Assembly (NCBI GenBank): GCA_050250255.1
Contig: JBFWOZ010000001.1
Coordinates: forward strand, 1 to 64,000
Source: Bdellovibrionales bacterium
GTDB taxonomy: Bacteria; Bdellovibrionota; Bdellovibrionia; Bdellovibrionales; DASUEL01
DNA: 64,000 nt
Direction: 5' to 3'
The position numbers and the translations under genes were made by a program. Below, in pieces: positions 6,986 through 16,069 of this stretch (position 1 is its first letter; the number at the start of each line of letters is the position of its first letter). The notes beneath the pieces were generated by a model. The model searched no databases. It was given only the letters and a program-made list of their open reading frames with translations, and was not told the DNA's origin.

Positions 6986-7819
6986 ATGGGTTTCAGAATT
7001 ACGACGAATGTATCGTCAATCAATGCGCAGAGACACTTCGGCGCGAGTCAGAGAGAGATCACAAAAAACTTCGCACAGTTATCATCTGGTAGCCGTATTA
7101 CAAAGGCGGCAGACGATGCAGCAGGATTAGGGATTAGCGAAGGATTACGAGCTCAAATTCGTGGATACGGTCAAGCAAAGCGAAATGCTGCAGATGCCGT
7201 TTCCTTACTTCAAGTTTCTGAAGGCGGTATGGGCGAAGTGAGCAATATCCTCACTCGATTGCGTGAACTCGGTGTTCAAGCCGCTTCTGATACAGTGGGT
7301 GATCGTGAAAGAAATTTCATTGATAAAGAAGTACAGCAACTCAAAGCAGAATTACAACGTATTGCGGAATCGACCCGTTTCGGATCAACAAAACTTCTTG
7401 ATGGATCTGGTGGAGTTTTCGATTTCCAAGTGGATATTAACAATAACGAATTTCAAGATAGAATTTCTTTTAATGCCGGCGCACAAAATGTGACTACGAG
7501 CCAGTTGGGCATTGAAGGCTTAGACTATAATTCCAAAGAGGGCGCTCAAACAGCTCTTGAGACAATCGATGCGGCTCAAGTTCAAGTGAACTCGTACAGA
7601 GCAAACCTTGGTGCGATTCAAAATCGATTGTTCTCCACGCAAGAATATTTGGGAATTGCAGAAGAGAATTTGTCAGCTGCAAACTCTCGAATTCGAGATA
7701 CTGATATCGCTCAGTCAACGGCCGAGCTCACTCGCAATAACATTCTCATGCAAGCAACAACAGGTGTGTTGTCTCAAGCGAATGCGATGCCGAGCATGGC
7801 GCTTAAGTTGATTGGTTAA
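6986..7819 (+). CDS. fliC: flagellin (fla3)
   Basis: MGFRITTN...LSSGSRITKAADDAAGL; RANLGAIQNRL; SD GAGGAGG. Confidence 0.97.
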   Translation: MGFRITTNVSSINAQRHFGASQREITKNFAQLSSGSRITKAADDAAGLGISEGLRAQIRGYGQAKRNAADAVSLLQVSEGGMGEVSNILTRLRELGVQAASDTVGDRERNFIDKEVQQLKAELQRIAESTRFGSTKLLDGSGGVFDFQVDINNNEFQDRISFNAGAQNVTTSQLGIEGLDYNSKEGAQTALETIDAAQVQVNSYRANLGAIQNRLFSTQEYLGIAEENLSAANSRIRDTDIAQSTAELTRNNILMQATTGVLSQANAMPSMALKLIG

Positions 7820-7848
7820 TTTAAAAATAAGTCAAAAAAGCGTTTATA

Positions 7849-7910
7849 TAGACCAGGTACTTATCCTCCCTGGTCTAACCCAGCCCGGAGACATTGTTTC
7901 CGGGATTTTA
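7849..7910 (+). terminator. anti-SD-loop hairpin followed by terminator hairpin after fla3
   Basis: TAGACCAGG-tacttatcctc-CCTGGTCTA (7849-7877), then CCCGGAGAC-att-GTTTCCGGG-atttt. Confidence 0.65.
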
Positions 7911-7985
7911 TAGGGTTCGACTTTGGTAGAGGTTTTGCTCAAAGTATTCAGGATTTAGAGTGTTTGGCCGAAGAGATAAGCGAGT

Positions 7986-8351
7986 ATGAATATCAAATCG
8001 GTGGCTCACAACATTCTACCGCTCGAGATTACAAAGATTCGACGGAGTCAGAGCGAAAAGGCTGGGGATAGAGACCCAAACGCTCAGTCTGACGGCGGTG
8101 GCGGAGACGCAACTAAACGTCATTTATCCGAGGAAGAGATTCAAAAAGCCATTGCTCATCTCAAAGAGCTTAAGGGCGTTAAAGATAATAATTTACAAAT
8201 TCGACTCCACAAAAAAGACGGCATCACGATCGTGTTTGTTGAAGATCATTTGGGAAAAGTGATTCGACGGATTCCCGAAGCCGAGCTCTATCATCTGACC
8301 ACTCAGGATAAGAATACTGAGAAGGGTCATTTACTCAACAAAAGTTTGTAA
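7986..8351 (+). CDS. flaG: FlaG-like flagellar protein
   Basis: GKVIRRIP motif; lies between flagellin and fliD; TCAG-N15-GCCGAAGA promoter at 7948-7974. Confidence 0.75.
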   Translation: MNIKSVAHNILPLEITKIRRSQSEKAGDRDPNAQSDGGGGDATKRHLSEEEIQKAIAHLKELKGVKDNNLQIRLHKKDGITIVFVEDHLGKVIRRIPEAELYHLTTQDKNTEKGHLLNKSL

Positions 8352-8364
8352 TCAAAACAATACC

Positions 8365-8452
8365 TACAGGTTTCTAGGATGCGGGAATCCAGGAATACGG
8401 TATTCTGGAATAACTACTGAATCCCTGTGTTCCGATATCCAGAAAACCTGTA
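8365..8452. repeat. imperfect palindrome with ~8-nt GGAATCCA-like periodicity (copy 1)
   Basis: TACAGGTTTCTAGGAT...ATCCAGAAAACCTGTA; similar to 10045-10143. Confidence 0.7.
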
Positions 8453-8522
8453 TTCATATAAGACATTCCTTTTCGTTTTTCTCGAAAATAAAGTTACTTT
8501 GAGTCAAACATCCATGCCTGTG

Positions 8523-8610
8523 ACTTTTCAAAATTGGCGCATGCTGCCGTATCCCCTACGTTGGGGGACCCTCGGCAGTGCCAACCCCTTCGGGGCGAGT
8601 TTTGAAAAGT
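8523..8610. other. 88-nt multibranched GC-rich palindromic element just 3' of the HNH gene
   Basis: ACTTTTCAAAA/TTTTGAAAAGT ends; nested TTGGC/GCCAA, CTGCCG/CGGCAG, TCCCC/GGGGA; side hairpin CCCC-ttc-GGGG. Confidence 0.7.
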
Positions 8611-8611
8611 T

Positions 8612-9115
8612 CTAATGACTATGCGTTAATCGGTGATGGCCCGCACAAAGGGTGGCAAGATTCTCAAAAGTGTCTTGCCCTCCCTTGCTTTTCGGGATCA
8701 CGTGATGGGTGTGTAGCCATTTTCTTTCTGTGCAACGTACACCTTGTGGATTTTTATATGTGCACTGACCCTGATCACGCCGTTGAACCTGTCTTAAGAC
8801 AGGTTGGTGGGCTCTATGCATCAATTTTACAGCTTTCTGTACAGGATCTTTCTTCTCTAAATAGACATCCAGCAAGGCCTCAAAAGTTTCCTCAAAGTTT
8901 ACATTTTTTTGTTGGCGCTGGGATTCTAGTTCTTGAGCACGTTTGAGTTTTAGGCTCACGACTTCAGAAAATCTAAAATTTCTTTTACATCGAAGATGTA
9001 AGTACACGCGATGCTCATCGACTTGTTGAAGAATATCGATTAGATCACTCTCGGACTTGCGAAATCGTCCAGCTACTTCGAGAGCTTTTTCGTGAATTTG
9101 CATATGTTTTGTCAT
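8612..9115 (-). CDS. HNH endonuclease, probably internally deleted
   Basis: RDQGQC..C..LHTHHVIPKSKGG..ENLATLCAGHH HNH motif. Confidence 0.8.
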   Translation of the reverse strand: MTKHMQIHEKALEVAGRFRKSESDLIDILQQVDEHRVYLHLRCKRNFRFSEVVSLKLKRAQELESQRQQKNVNFEETFEALLDVYLEKKDPVQKAVKLMHRAHQPVLRQVQRRDQGQCTYKNPQGVRCTERKWLHTHHVIPKSKGGQDTFENLATLCAGHHRLTHSH

Positions 9116-9435
9116 AGGTTTCTCCTGTCAGGAAAGAGTTGGCGTGACTATAACATAGGTTTTTGAAATGCTAGTTTGTTGAAAATTAAATTGAGAAAAT
9201 GACTTTTTAAAAACGTGTTTAAACCTAAGTATTTCGCTTGAGGTCACTGTATTTCAAGGACGAATGAAAACAAAAGATTTTTATCAAACAACAAATCACA
9301 GGAAGTTTAAACGCCCCGAAATCTCGTCAAAATATATTTTCATATTTACTCAGTCAGTCGTAACATTTTGAACCAACTGTTGATCGAAAACCATTCTTAA
9401 TGGACAAATTATCTTCCTCAACGTAAAAAGTTTTG

Positions 9436-10002
9436 ATGAGAAAAAATTTAAATGAATTGCCACCCAATCTCCCGTGTCCGGTTGATGACGGTAAAGCGAA
9501 CCATCTGAAGAATTTAGAAATTCCTAAAATTAAACTTCAATCTACTGAGGGAGAAAAAGTAGACCTTTCGCTAATATTTCAAGAGCCTAGCGTGTTATTC
9601 ATTTACCCTCGGGCTGGTAGCCCATTAGAGTCCAACTCGAATCCTGATCTTTGGGATGCAATTCCTGGAGCTAGAGGGTGTACTCCTCAATCATGCGGAT
9701 TTCGAGATTTGTTTCAAGAATTCAAATCTTTGGATGTAAACATTTTTGGGCTTAGTATGCAGTCTCCGCTCGTCCAAAAGGAATTTGTTGAGCGAAATCA
9801 TATTCCCTTTCCAATTCTTAGCGATTCTAGATATGAACTAACGGATAAAATGGAGTTGCCAACTTTTGAATTTGAAGGGGAGCGTCTTATTAAACGAATG
9901 GCTCTGTTCATTGAGAATGGAAAAGTACATAAGGTGTTTTATCCTGTTTTCCCCCCAGATAAAAACGCGGAAGAAGTTTTGTCCTGGCTGAGGGAGCGGT
10001 AG
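9436..10002 (+). CDS. peroxiredoxin (BCP/AhpC-TSA family)
   Basis: PGARGCTPQSCGFRD CxxxxC motif; VFYPVFPPD. Confidence 0.9.
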   Translation: MRKNLNELPPNLPCPVDDGKANHLKNLEIPKIKLQSTEGEKVDLSLIFQEPSVLFIYPRAGSPLESNSNPDLWDAIPGARGCTPQSCGFRDLFQEFKSLDVNIFGLSMQSPLVQKEFVERNHIPFPILSDSRYELTDKMELPTFEFEGERLIKRMALFIENGKVHKVFYPVFPPDKNAEEVLSWLRER

Positions 10003-10044
10003 CTCGCTTATACAGACAAACATCTTGCAGCTCAGACAAGACCA

Positions 10045-10143
10045 TACCGGTTTTCTAGGATACCGGAATCCAAGAACACGGTTATCCGGTAGTTATTCGG
10101 GATAACATGTATCCCTAGATTCCTGTATCCCCGAAACCCAGTA
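10045..10143. repeat. imperfect palindrome with ~8-nt periodicity (copy 2)
   Basis: GGTTTTCTAGGATACCGGAATCCAAGAACACGGT resembles 8369-8401 GGTTTCTAGGATGCGGGAATCCAGGAATACGGT. Confidence 0.7.
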
Positions 10144-10279
10144 GTGTGAGGGTTTGTCTTCAGACCTTCGCCCATAATCACCAGACTTTTTTGCCTATCT
10201 GCTTAGGTCCATTGCCATATTATTGGCTCACGGTGTCTCGTTTTCTTTTGGGAGAATAAAAGGGAATAGGAGGCTCTCT

Positions 10280-11680
10280 TTGGCAATTTCATTTGGAGGA
10301 ATCAATACAGGATTACCACCAAACCTCGTGGAACAATTGGTCCAAGTGGAGCGTCAACCTATCAAAACGATCGAAGCTAAAAAAGCGAAAACCGAAAACA
10401 AACTCAAGCTTGTGACTGATCTCGATACAAAACTTCGTGGCATGTTAGGAACTATTCGTGATCTCGCGGGCTCTGGAGGTTTCAACGACATCAAACTTCT
10501 TTCTGGAGATGCCAGTGTTGTTGATGGGGCGGTCGATCCAAAAGAATCCATTAAAGGAAGCTGGAGTGTAGAAGTTATTGAGCTAGCACAAAAAGCTGCG
10601 GCGATTTCTAACGGTTTTCCAGACAAAGATAAAACAGAACTTGGTGTTGGTTATTTCAAGTTTGATACTCTTGAAGGTACCAAAGAAGTTTATCTAAGTG
10701 GTGGAAACAGCACTTTAGAAGCCGCCGCGAAAGCCATCAATGCGGCTGAAGTAGGCATGCAAGCCTCTGTGATCAAAGACTCTCGATATCCTGATGCTCC
10801 TTATCGCCTCGTGGTTGCGGGAGCCTCAGTGGGTGGCGAAAATCAAGTGAGTTATCCACAGCTTTACTTTCTAGATGGAGATCAGGATTTTTTCTTCGAG
10901 GAAGAAAAATCAGCTAAGAACGGAAAAGTAAAAGTTGATGGTATCGAGTTTGAAGTCACGGACAATCAAATCAAAGACATTATCCCCGGAGTCACTCTCG
11001 ATATTAAACAGGCAGCTCCAGGCCGACCGATCAACGTTAGCGTTAAAGAGGATCGTGAAGTCGTTAGCGGTAAAATTAAATCCTTTGTGGATACGGCAAA
11101 CGAAGTTCTGAGCTTTATTCAAGGTCAAAACAAACTTAGCGAGAAGAGCGATACCTCATCTACCTTAGGAGGCGATAGTCTTCTGCGCTCTGTAGAACAA
11201 AGATTAAGAAGCCTTATTCAAGATAGACAGTATGGAACTGGTGGGGTGATCACTTCTCTGAATCAGCTAGGAATTACTTTTAACAGAGGCGGTACTTTAG
11301 ATTTTGATCAGGAAAAATTCACATCCGCACTTTCAAAAGATCCAAATGACGTCAGAAATTTCCTTGTGGGCGACGGCGGAACCGTAGGATTTATTCCTCG
11401 GCTAAGAAACACAATTAACGTTCTGACGGACGGTGCTTTTGGAGCGGTCACGCAGAGAAAACGCGGGCTCGAAAATAACATTAAACAGGCCGATGATCGA
11501 ATTGAAACAATGGAGCGTCAGATCGGTCGAAGAGAGCAGGCGTTAAAGCGGCAGTTTGCAAATTTAGAGCAAACAATGTCCCGTTTAAAGTCACAAGGCT
11601 CTTATCTACAATCAAGAATGGGTGGCGGTGGAATGGGTGATATGAACTTTGGTGGTATGTCAGGTGCAGGTGGACAATGA
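10280..11680 (+). CDS. fliD: flagellar filament cap protein
   Basis: ISFGGINTGL N-terminus, LNQLGITF..GTLDFD, LKRQFANLEQTMSRLKSQ; TTG start after GGAGG. Confidence 0.95.
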   Translation: MAISFGGINTGLPPNLVEQLVQVERQPIKTIEAKKAKTENKLKLVTDLDTKLRGMLGTIRDLAGSGGFNDIKLLSGDASVVDGAVDPKESIKGSWSVEVIELAQKAAAISNGFPDKDKTELGVGYFKFDTLEGTKEVYLSGGNSTLEAAAKAINAAEVGMQASVIKDSRYPDAPYRLVVAGASVGGENQVSYPQLYFLDGDQDFFFEEEKSAKNGKVKVDGIEFEVTDNQIKDIIPGVTLDIKQAAPGRPINVSVKEDREVVSGKIKSFVDTANEVLSFIQGQNKLSEKSDTSSTLGGDSLLRSVEQRLRSLIQDRQYGTGGVITSLNQLGITFNRGGTLDFDQEKFTSALSKDPNDVRNFLVGDGGTVGFIPRLRNTINVLTDGAFGAVTQRKRGLENNIKQADDRIETMERQIGRREQALKRQFANLEQTMSRLKSQGSYLQSRMGGGGMGDMNFGGMSGAGGQ

Positions 11681-12081
11681 GTCAAAAATTAGCATATCAG
11701 AAATATAAAAAAACGGCGGTCGAGAGTGCGAGCAGAGAAAAAATTCTTCTCATGCTCTATGAAGGTGCAATTCGATTTACAAAATTGGGCATTAAGGCCT
11801 GCGAAGAAAAAAAGATCGCAGATCGAGGTTTCAATATTGGAAAAGCATTCGATATTGTTATGGAGCTGAACAACACCCTTGATCACAAGGTGGGTGGAGC
11901 GCTGGCAACAAATCTTGAGCAGCTCTACATGTTTATTACTGACAAATACACAGCGGCCAACATTAAGGGGGATCCAGAGCCTTTGCGACAAGCGCTCAAG
12001 ATCTTGGAGACTCTCTATGACGGCTGGGTAAAGGCTGTTGAGCAATTAAAGAAAAACGAATTACAAAACGAACAGAAGTAA
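11677..12081 (+). CDS. fliS: flagellin export chaperone
   Basis: ASREKILLMLYEGAI, ELNNTLD, NLEQLYMF. Confidence 0.95.
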   Translation: MSQKLAYQKYKKTAVESASREKILLMLYEGAIRFTKLGIKACEEKKIADRGFNIGKAFDIVMELNNTLDHKVGGALATNLEQLYMFITDKYTAANIKGDPEPLRQALKILETLYDGWVKAVEQLKKNELQNEQK

Positions 12082-12106
12082 CTATTAGTTATTTTGAGGG
12101 GGACAA

Positions 12107-12520
12107 ATGGAACAAGTTTTAAAACTGATCAAAGAGCGTAATTCTTATTTACGTAAGTTCTATACGATTAATAAGGCAGAGCTGTTTCGGCTAAATGAAG
12201 GAGATTTTACGCGTTTAGAATTCTTCTATAAAAATCGTGAAAATTTATTGGAGATGGTGGCCCATATAGAACGTCTGATTGATCAAGGGATCAAGGCGAC
12301 TCCAGTGGCACAAGCTATTAAGCCAGAGATGAAAACATCTATGAAAGAAGAGTTGGATTTTAAAGATCAAATCATAACTGAAATTCTTCGACAGGATGTA
12401 GACATCCTCGCAATCATTGAGAGCACAAAAAATCAGATTATTAAAGAGTTGCATGGTGTTTCTAAGACCAAGCAAGCCGTGAGTTCTTATCACAGCGAAA
12501 GTATTACGCGGAAAAAATAA
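12107..12520 (+). CDS. FliT/FlgN-like helical chaperone
   Basis: Helical protein after fliDS; C-terminal AVSSY. Confidence 0.5.
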   Translation: MEQVLKLIKERNSYLRKFYTINKAELFRLNEGDFTRLEFFYKNRENLLEMVAHIERLIDQGIKATPVAQAIKPEMKTSMKEELDFKDQIITEILRQDVDILAIIESTKNQIIKELHGVSKTKQAVSSYHSESITRKK

Positions 12521-12634
12521 ATGCAGGACCAAAAAAATCGTCAGAAACTTGACTGTCCTCCCGAGTTAACAAGTCAAACTCATGTCGATTTTTATCTGAG
12601 AAGACAATAGCTCGCTCTGATTCCTGCTTCGCAC

Positions 12635-12650
12635 TGGCACTTGAGTTGCT
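12635..12650 (+). promoter_or_regulatory. sigma54 (-24/-12) promoter
   Basis: TGGCAC-N5-TTGCT, exact consensus, ~30 nt upstream of the TPR gene. Confidence 0.8.
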
Positions 12651-12679
12651 CTACTTATTTTTGAAAGTGGGGCAACAGT

Positions 12680-13606
12680 ATGTCACGACTAGAGTCGAGT
12701 CTCTCGCAAAGTAAGCAAAATAATAAAACGGCCCATTCTCCTTTAGACCAGGCACTTCTACTTATTGATAACGGAGAATACAAATTAGCGCAAACCATGC
12801 TTCGAACGGTTTTGAACAAAGATCCTCAAAACGCCAAAGCTATGAGATGGCTGGGCTATTGTTTTGATCAAGCCAAAGATTATAAAAATGCACTTGTTTG
12901 TTACAAGCAGTGGAACAAGTTCGAACCCTGTGAACAATCTTATTTTCAATTAGGAATGGCTCACCTTAATGTACTTAATTTTAATTTAGCTCGCGAAAAC
13001 CTACAGCAGGCCTTGGGTTGCATTGACTACGAAAGTCCTAACCTTTTTGACATCTACAAACACTTAGGAAATTTAGCTCTCCGTTTTGGGGATATCGAAA
13101 GCGCTGAAGAGAATTATAATCGTGCTTACACTCTTTCTCCCCACTCCGATGCATTGATTGTCAATATGGGAACCTTAGAGGTTCAAAAAGGAGATTGGGG
13201 ACAAGCAGGCGAATACTTTCGTACGGCGATTGAACTCAATCAACAAAATGACAATGCTTGGATTGGGCTAGCCATGTCCTATAGATCTATTAGCGACCAT
13301 GAGTTGGCTTACGGTGCTGTTGAAAAAGGGCTAGACATCAATCCCACTAACCTCGTGGGTTTGCGACTCCTTATTGAGTGGGCATTTACGGATTTGAATT
13401 ACGGTGGTGCCATTGAAAGGTTAAAAACTTATTTAGAAAAAAGCAGTCACGATGAGGACATGAGCTTCTGTCTTGCCTCTTTACTCTATAAAGCGGGTCA
13501 TATTCGGGACGCCTCAATTGAAATTCAAAGAGCGAGAGAACTCGCGCCGCAAAGAGAAGATGTGATTCAGTTAGAAATGCTACTTCAGAAACAAGCGGAG
13601 TTGTAA
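12680..13606 (+). CDS. tetratricopeptide repeat protein
   Basis: Multiple TPR-like units (LG..Y..A..Y..A..L.P). Confidence 0.85.
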   Translation: MSRLESSLSQSKQNNKTAHSPLDQALLLIDNGEYKLAQTMLRTVLNKDPQNAKAMRWLGYCFDQAKDYKNALVCYKQWNKFEPCEQSYFQLGMAHLNVLNFNLARENLQQALGCIDYESPNLFDIYKHLGNLALRFGDIESAEENYNRAYTLSPHSDALIVNMGTLEVQKGDWGQAGEYFRTAIELNQQNDNAWIGLAMSYRSISDHELAYGAVEKGLDINPTNLVGLRLLIEWAFTDLNYGGAIERLKTYLEKSSHDEDMSFCLASLLYKAGHIRDASIEIQRARELAPQREDVIQLEMLLQKQAEL

Positions 13607-14232
13607 TGCTGGAGTGGCAAACCTCGGGACAAGATAAGGATTTGTGGATTCCATTGTGGAATGGTGCTTTATTGCATTCGCAAAAAAATCCGCAGCGAGA
13701 AGCTAATCTCTGGCTGGAGCAGCAAAAAAATCTTTTAGAGGGCGTGCATACCGCGTTCGTGTTGGGACTTGCCGGTGGCTTTCACATTCAAGCATTGCAG
13801 GAGTACAACCCTCAACTAAAAATCGTAGTTATTGAATCTCACGAGGCTTTTGTTACTTTAGCTTCGCCCCTTGTGCGATCGTTACAATCTCGCGCGCTTG
13901 TTTTTACTCAAATCGATCCACATATGCTTCTTAAGAACAAAAACATTGAGGAAGACCTAAAACGTACGTTCTGTGTTTTGGAATACAGGCAGGCAACAAA
14001 GCTAGATCCTGATTATTACCGACATGTGAAGGCGGCCCTCTGCGGTCGCGATTGGAAATCTTTTAACCATCACGTGAAGCTGCGTGGGCAAGGATGGATG
14101 AATCAATATAATTTCATAGAAAAATCAGATTCATTAATTTCGATAAAGCCCATTGCCGATGAAATTCAGAATCAAAAAATTGTCACTCCAGAAATGATGC
14201 AGTGGCTGTGTATCAGGGAGCTTGTAAAATGA
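13606..14232 (+). CDS. Maf (motility accessory factor) N-terminal-like protein
   Basis: LLHSQKNPQREA and VLGLAGGFHI..IVVIE resemble the Maf flagellin-glycosylation N-domain. Confidence 0.55.
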   Translation: MLEWQTSGQDKDLWIPLWNGALLHSQKNPQREANLWLEQQKNLLEGVHTAFVLGLAGGFHIQALQEYNPQLKIVVIESHEAFVTLASPLVRSLQSRALVFTQIDPHMLLKNKNIEEDLKRTFCVLEYRQATKLDPDYYRHVKAALCGRDWKSFNHHVKLRGQGWMNQYNFIEKSDSLISIKPIADEIQNQKIVTPEMMQWLCIRELVK

Positions 14233-15890
14233 AGATCCTTGTGTTGAGTCTTTTGCGGTTGGGTGATGCGGTGTTGGCAACCCCAGCTATTCACGGATTA
14301 AAAAAGCGTTACCCCAATGCGGAACTTCATTTGGCGCTTAATAAACAATTTCAGGGGTTAGCTCCGCTTCTTCCTTACGTGGATCGATTTCATTTTTTTG
14401 ACCGTAATAAAATACAGGAATCATTAGCTCTGGCAGATCGTCCACTTTTTGAATCTTACGACCGGCTGAGCGATTTTCTTTTGCCACTACAAGCAGAGAA
14501 TTTTGATTTAGTAGTGAACCTTACGCAGAATAAATTAAGTGGTTGGCTTACTTCAATGATCTCATCCAAAGATAAGATGGGATTACATTTTAGACAAGAT
14601 GGAGTTGCTCAGTTTGGATCTCCCTGGTTTCGACATTTGAATCAGTGGGGTTTAGAAATAACTGGCCCACAATTTCATTTTGCGGATATTTTCTACAACG
14701 GGGCGGTCGGACCTCAAGAGAATTATCAATTTGAAGTTTCTGAAACTACTAAAGGGCAGGATGAGGCAAAGGCCCTTTGTACTAGCAAAAAATATATTAC
14801 CGTTCAGCTACTAACAAATGACAAGAAAAAAAATTGGCACGTAGATCGGTTTCATCAAGCCATCGAAACCTTTCGAAAAATGAATTTAGATTTTGAGGTT
14901 TTGGTTTTGTGTTCACCCGCAGAGAGGAAGGACGTACAGCTGTTTGTTGAACGTTTTCAGGATAAAATGGTGCGAACGGCAGAATGCTCCTTAGAAGGGT
15001 TGTTTAGCCTTTTAAAGAGATCTTCTTTGCTTTTAACGGGCGATACGGCAACTAAGCACCTTGCGTGTGCTGCGCTGACTCCCATTGTGGAATTGAGTAT
15101 TGGAAGCAGTCATTACTTTCAAACGGGCAGTTATTTAAATGATAGCCTTATCATTCAATCCACGGAGCCCTGTGCTCCTTGTCACCATAGTAAGGATTGT
15201 CCTCAAAAAAGTCATCTATGTTCAGAGCGGGTTCCCGGCGATCTCGTAGGGCTTCTTTGTTCTAAACTTCTTGTTAAGGATTGGTCTGGAATCAAAGTCA
15301 TTTCTGACGAATTTACCGGTTACGCGGATGTGTTGCGTGTCGCGAAGGTGAGTTCAGGGCATTGGACGGCGGTACCGCTCGCGGCGTCTCCAAGTGCAGA
15401 GTATGTGGATAAAATTTTTGATCAAATGAGTTGGATGCTCCTTCTCAATAATGAACATAACAAATCCTTAACTCAGATAGGCTCTCTTGGGAGACGATTG
15501 GGTGAATTTTTTGAAAGATATTTTAGTTCCTATGACAAAGACGACATTGCGCTACGGCTTTTTGAGTTTGAAAATAACTTAGAAAGTTTGGAAGCTAAAA
15601 TTGATATTTTTCTCATCGACTTTCAAGAGGTCCTGAAAAGTTATTCACAAGGGTATGCTCTTGAAAATTTCTGCCAGAGTTTAAATGATTATTCTTTTAC
15701 TCTTAGCCAAAAAGTTTTTTTAAACACCTACAGTAACGCCTTGGCCTACGCTCAGAAGTCGATCCAGAAGGATGATGCCTTTGTCTTATTGCGCAGAATT
15801 CGCGAGTCCCTTTTTGATGTTAAACACAGATGCCAGCTAGAAACCAAGCTTGTCCGATCTGTAAAAAAATATATGGAGAATCACTTATGA
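14229..15890 (+). CDS. glycosyltransferase family 9 with C-terminal extension
   Basis: ILVLSLLRLGD..TPAI; LLLTGDTATKHLA; PCAPC. Confidence 0.85.
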   Translation: MKILVLSLLRLGDAVLATPAIHGLKKRYPNAELHLALNKQFQGLAPLLPYVDRFHFFDRNKIQESLALADRPLFESYDRLSDFLLPLQAENFDLVVNLTQNKLSGWLTSMISSKDKMGLHFRQDGVAQFGSPWFRHLNQWGLEITGPQFHFADIFYNGAVGPQENYQFEVSETTKGQDEAKALCTSKKYITVQLLTNDKKKNWHVDRFHQAIETFRKMNLDFEVLVLCSPAERKDVQLFVERFQDKMVRTAECSLEGLFSLLKRSSLLLTGDTATKHLACAALTPIVELSIGSSHYFQTGSYLNDSLIIQSTEPCAPCHHSKDCPQKSHLCSERVPGDLVGLLCSKLLVKDWSGIKVISDEFTGYADVLRVAKVSSGHWTAVPLAASPSAEYVDKIFDQMSWMLLLNNEHNKSLTQIGSLGRRLGEFFERYFSSYDKDDIALRLFEFENNLESLEAKIDIFLIDFQEVLKSYSQGYALENFCQSLNDYSFTLSQKVFLNTYSNALAYAQKSIQKDDAFVLLRRIRESLFDVKHRCQLETKLVRSVKKYMENHL

Positions 15891-16069
15891 GCGAAGAATT
15901 AAAAAAATATCTTGAAAGAGCTTTAGAGCAGCTGAATGAAGCAGAAAAAAAGATCGCAGTTCCAGGAGAATGGAAAAAAGAGTCGGCTCATTTAAGTGCG
16001 CTTAAAGAACTTGTAAAGGAACAAATTAGCAATGAGAATTCTTCTCATACAACTAGCTCGGCTCGGTGA
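15887..16069 (+). CDS. small hypothetical protein
   Basis: 60 aa; SD GGAG; overlaps both neighbours. Confidence 0.5.
   Translation: MSEELKKYLERALEQLNEAEKKIAVPGEWKKESAHLSALKELVKEQISNENSSHTTSSAR

Noticed and set aside
7828..7841. TAAGTCAAAAAAGC resembling fla2 leader 2235-2249
   Set aside because: Low-complexity A run; weak on its own
8612..9115. HNH protein as an IscB/Cas9/TnpB-like RNA-guided effector for the flagellin antisense segments
   Set aside because: No RuvC motifs, short and apparently degenerate; nothing links it to the leaders
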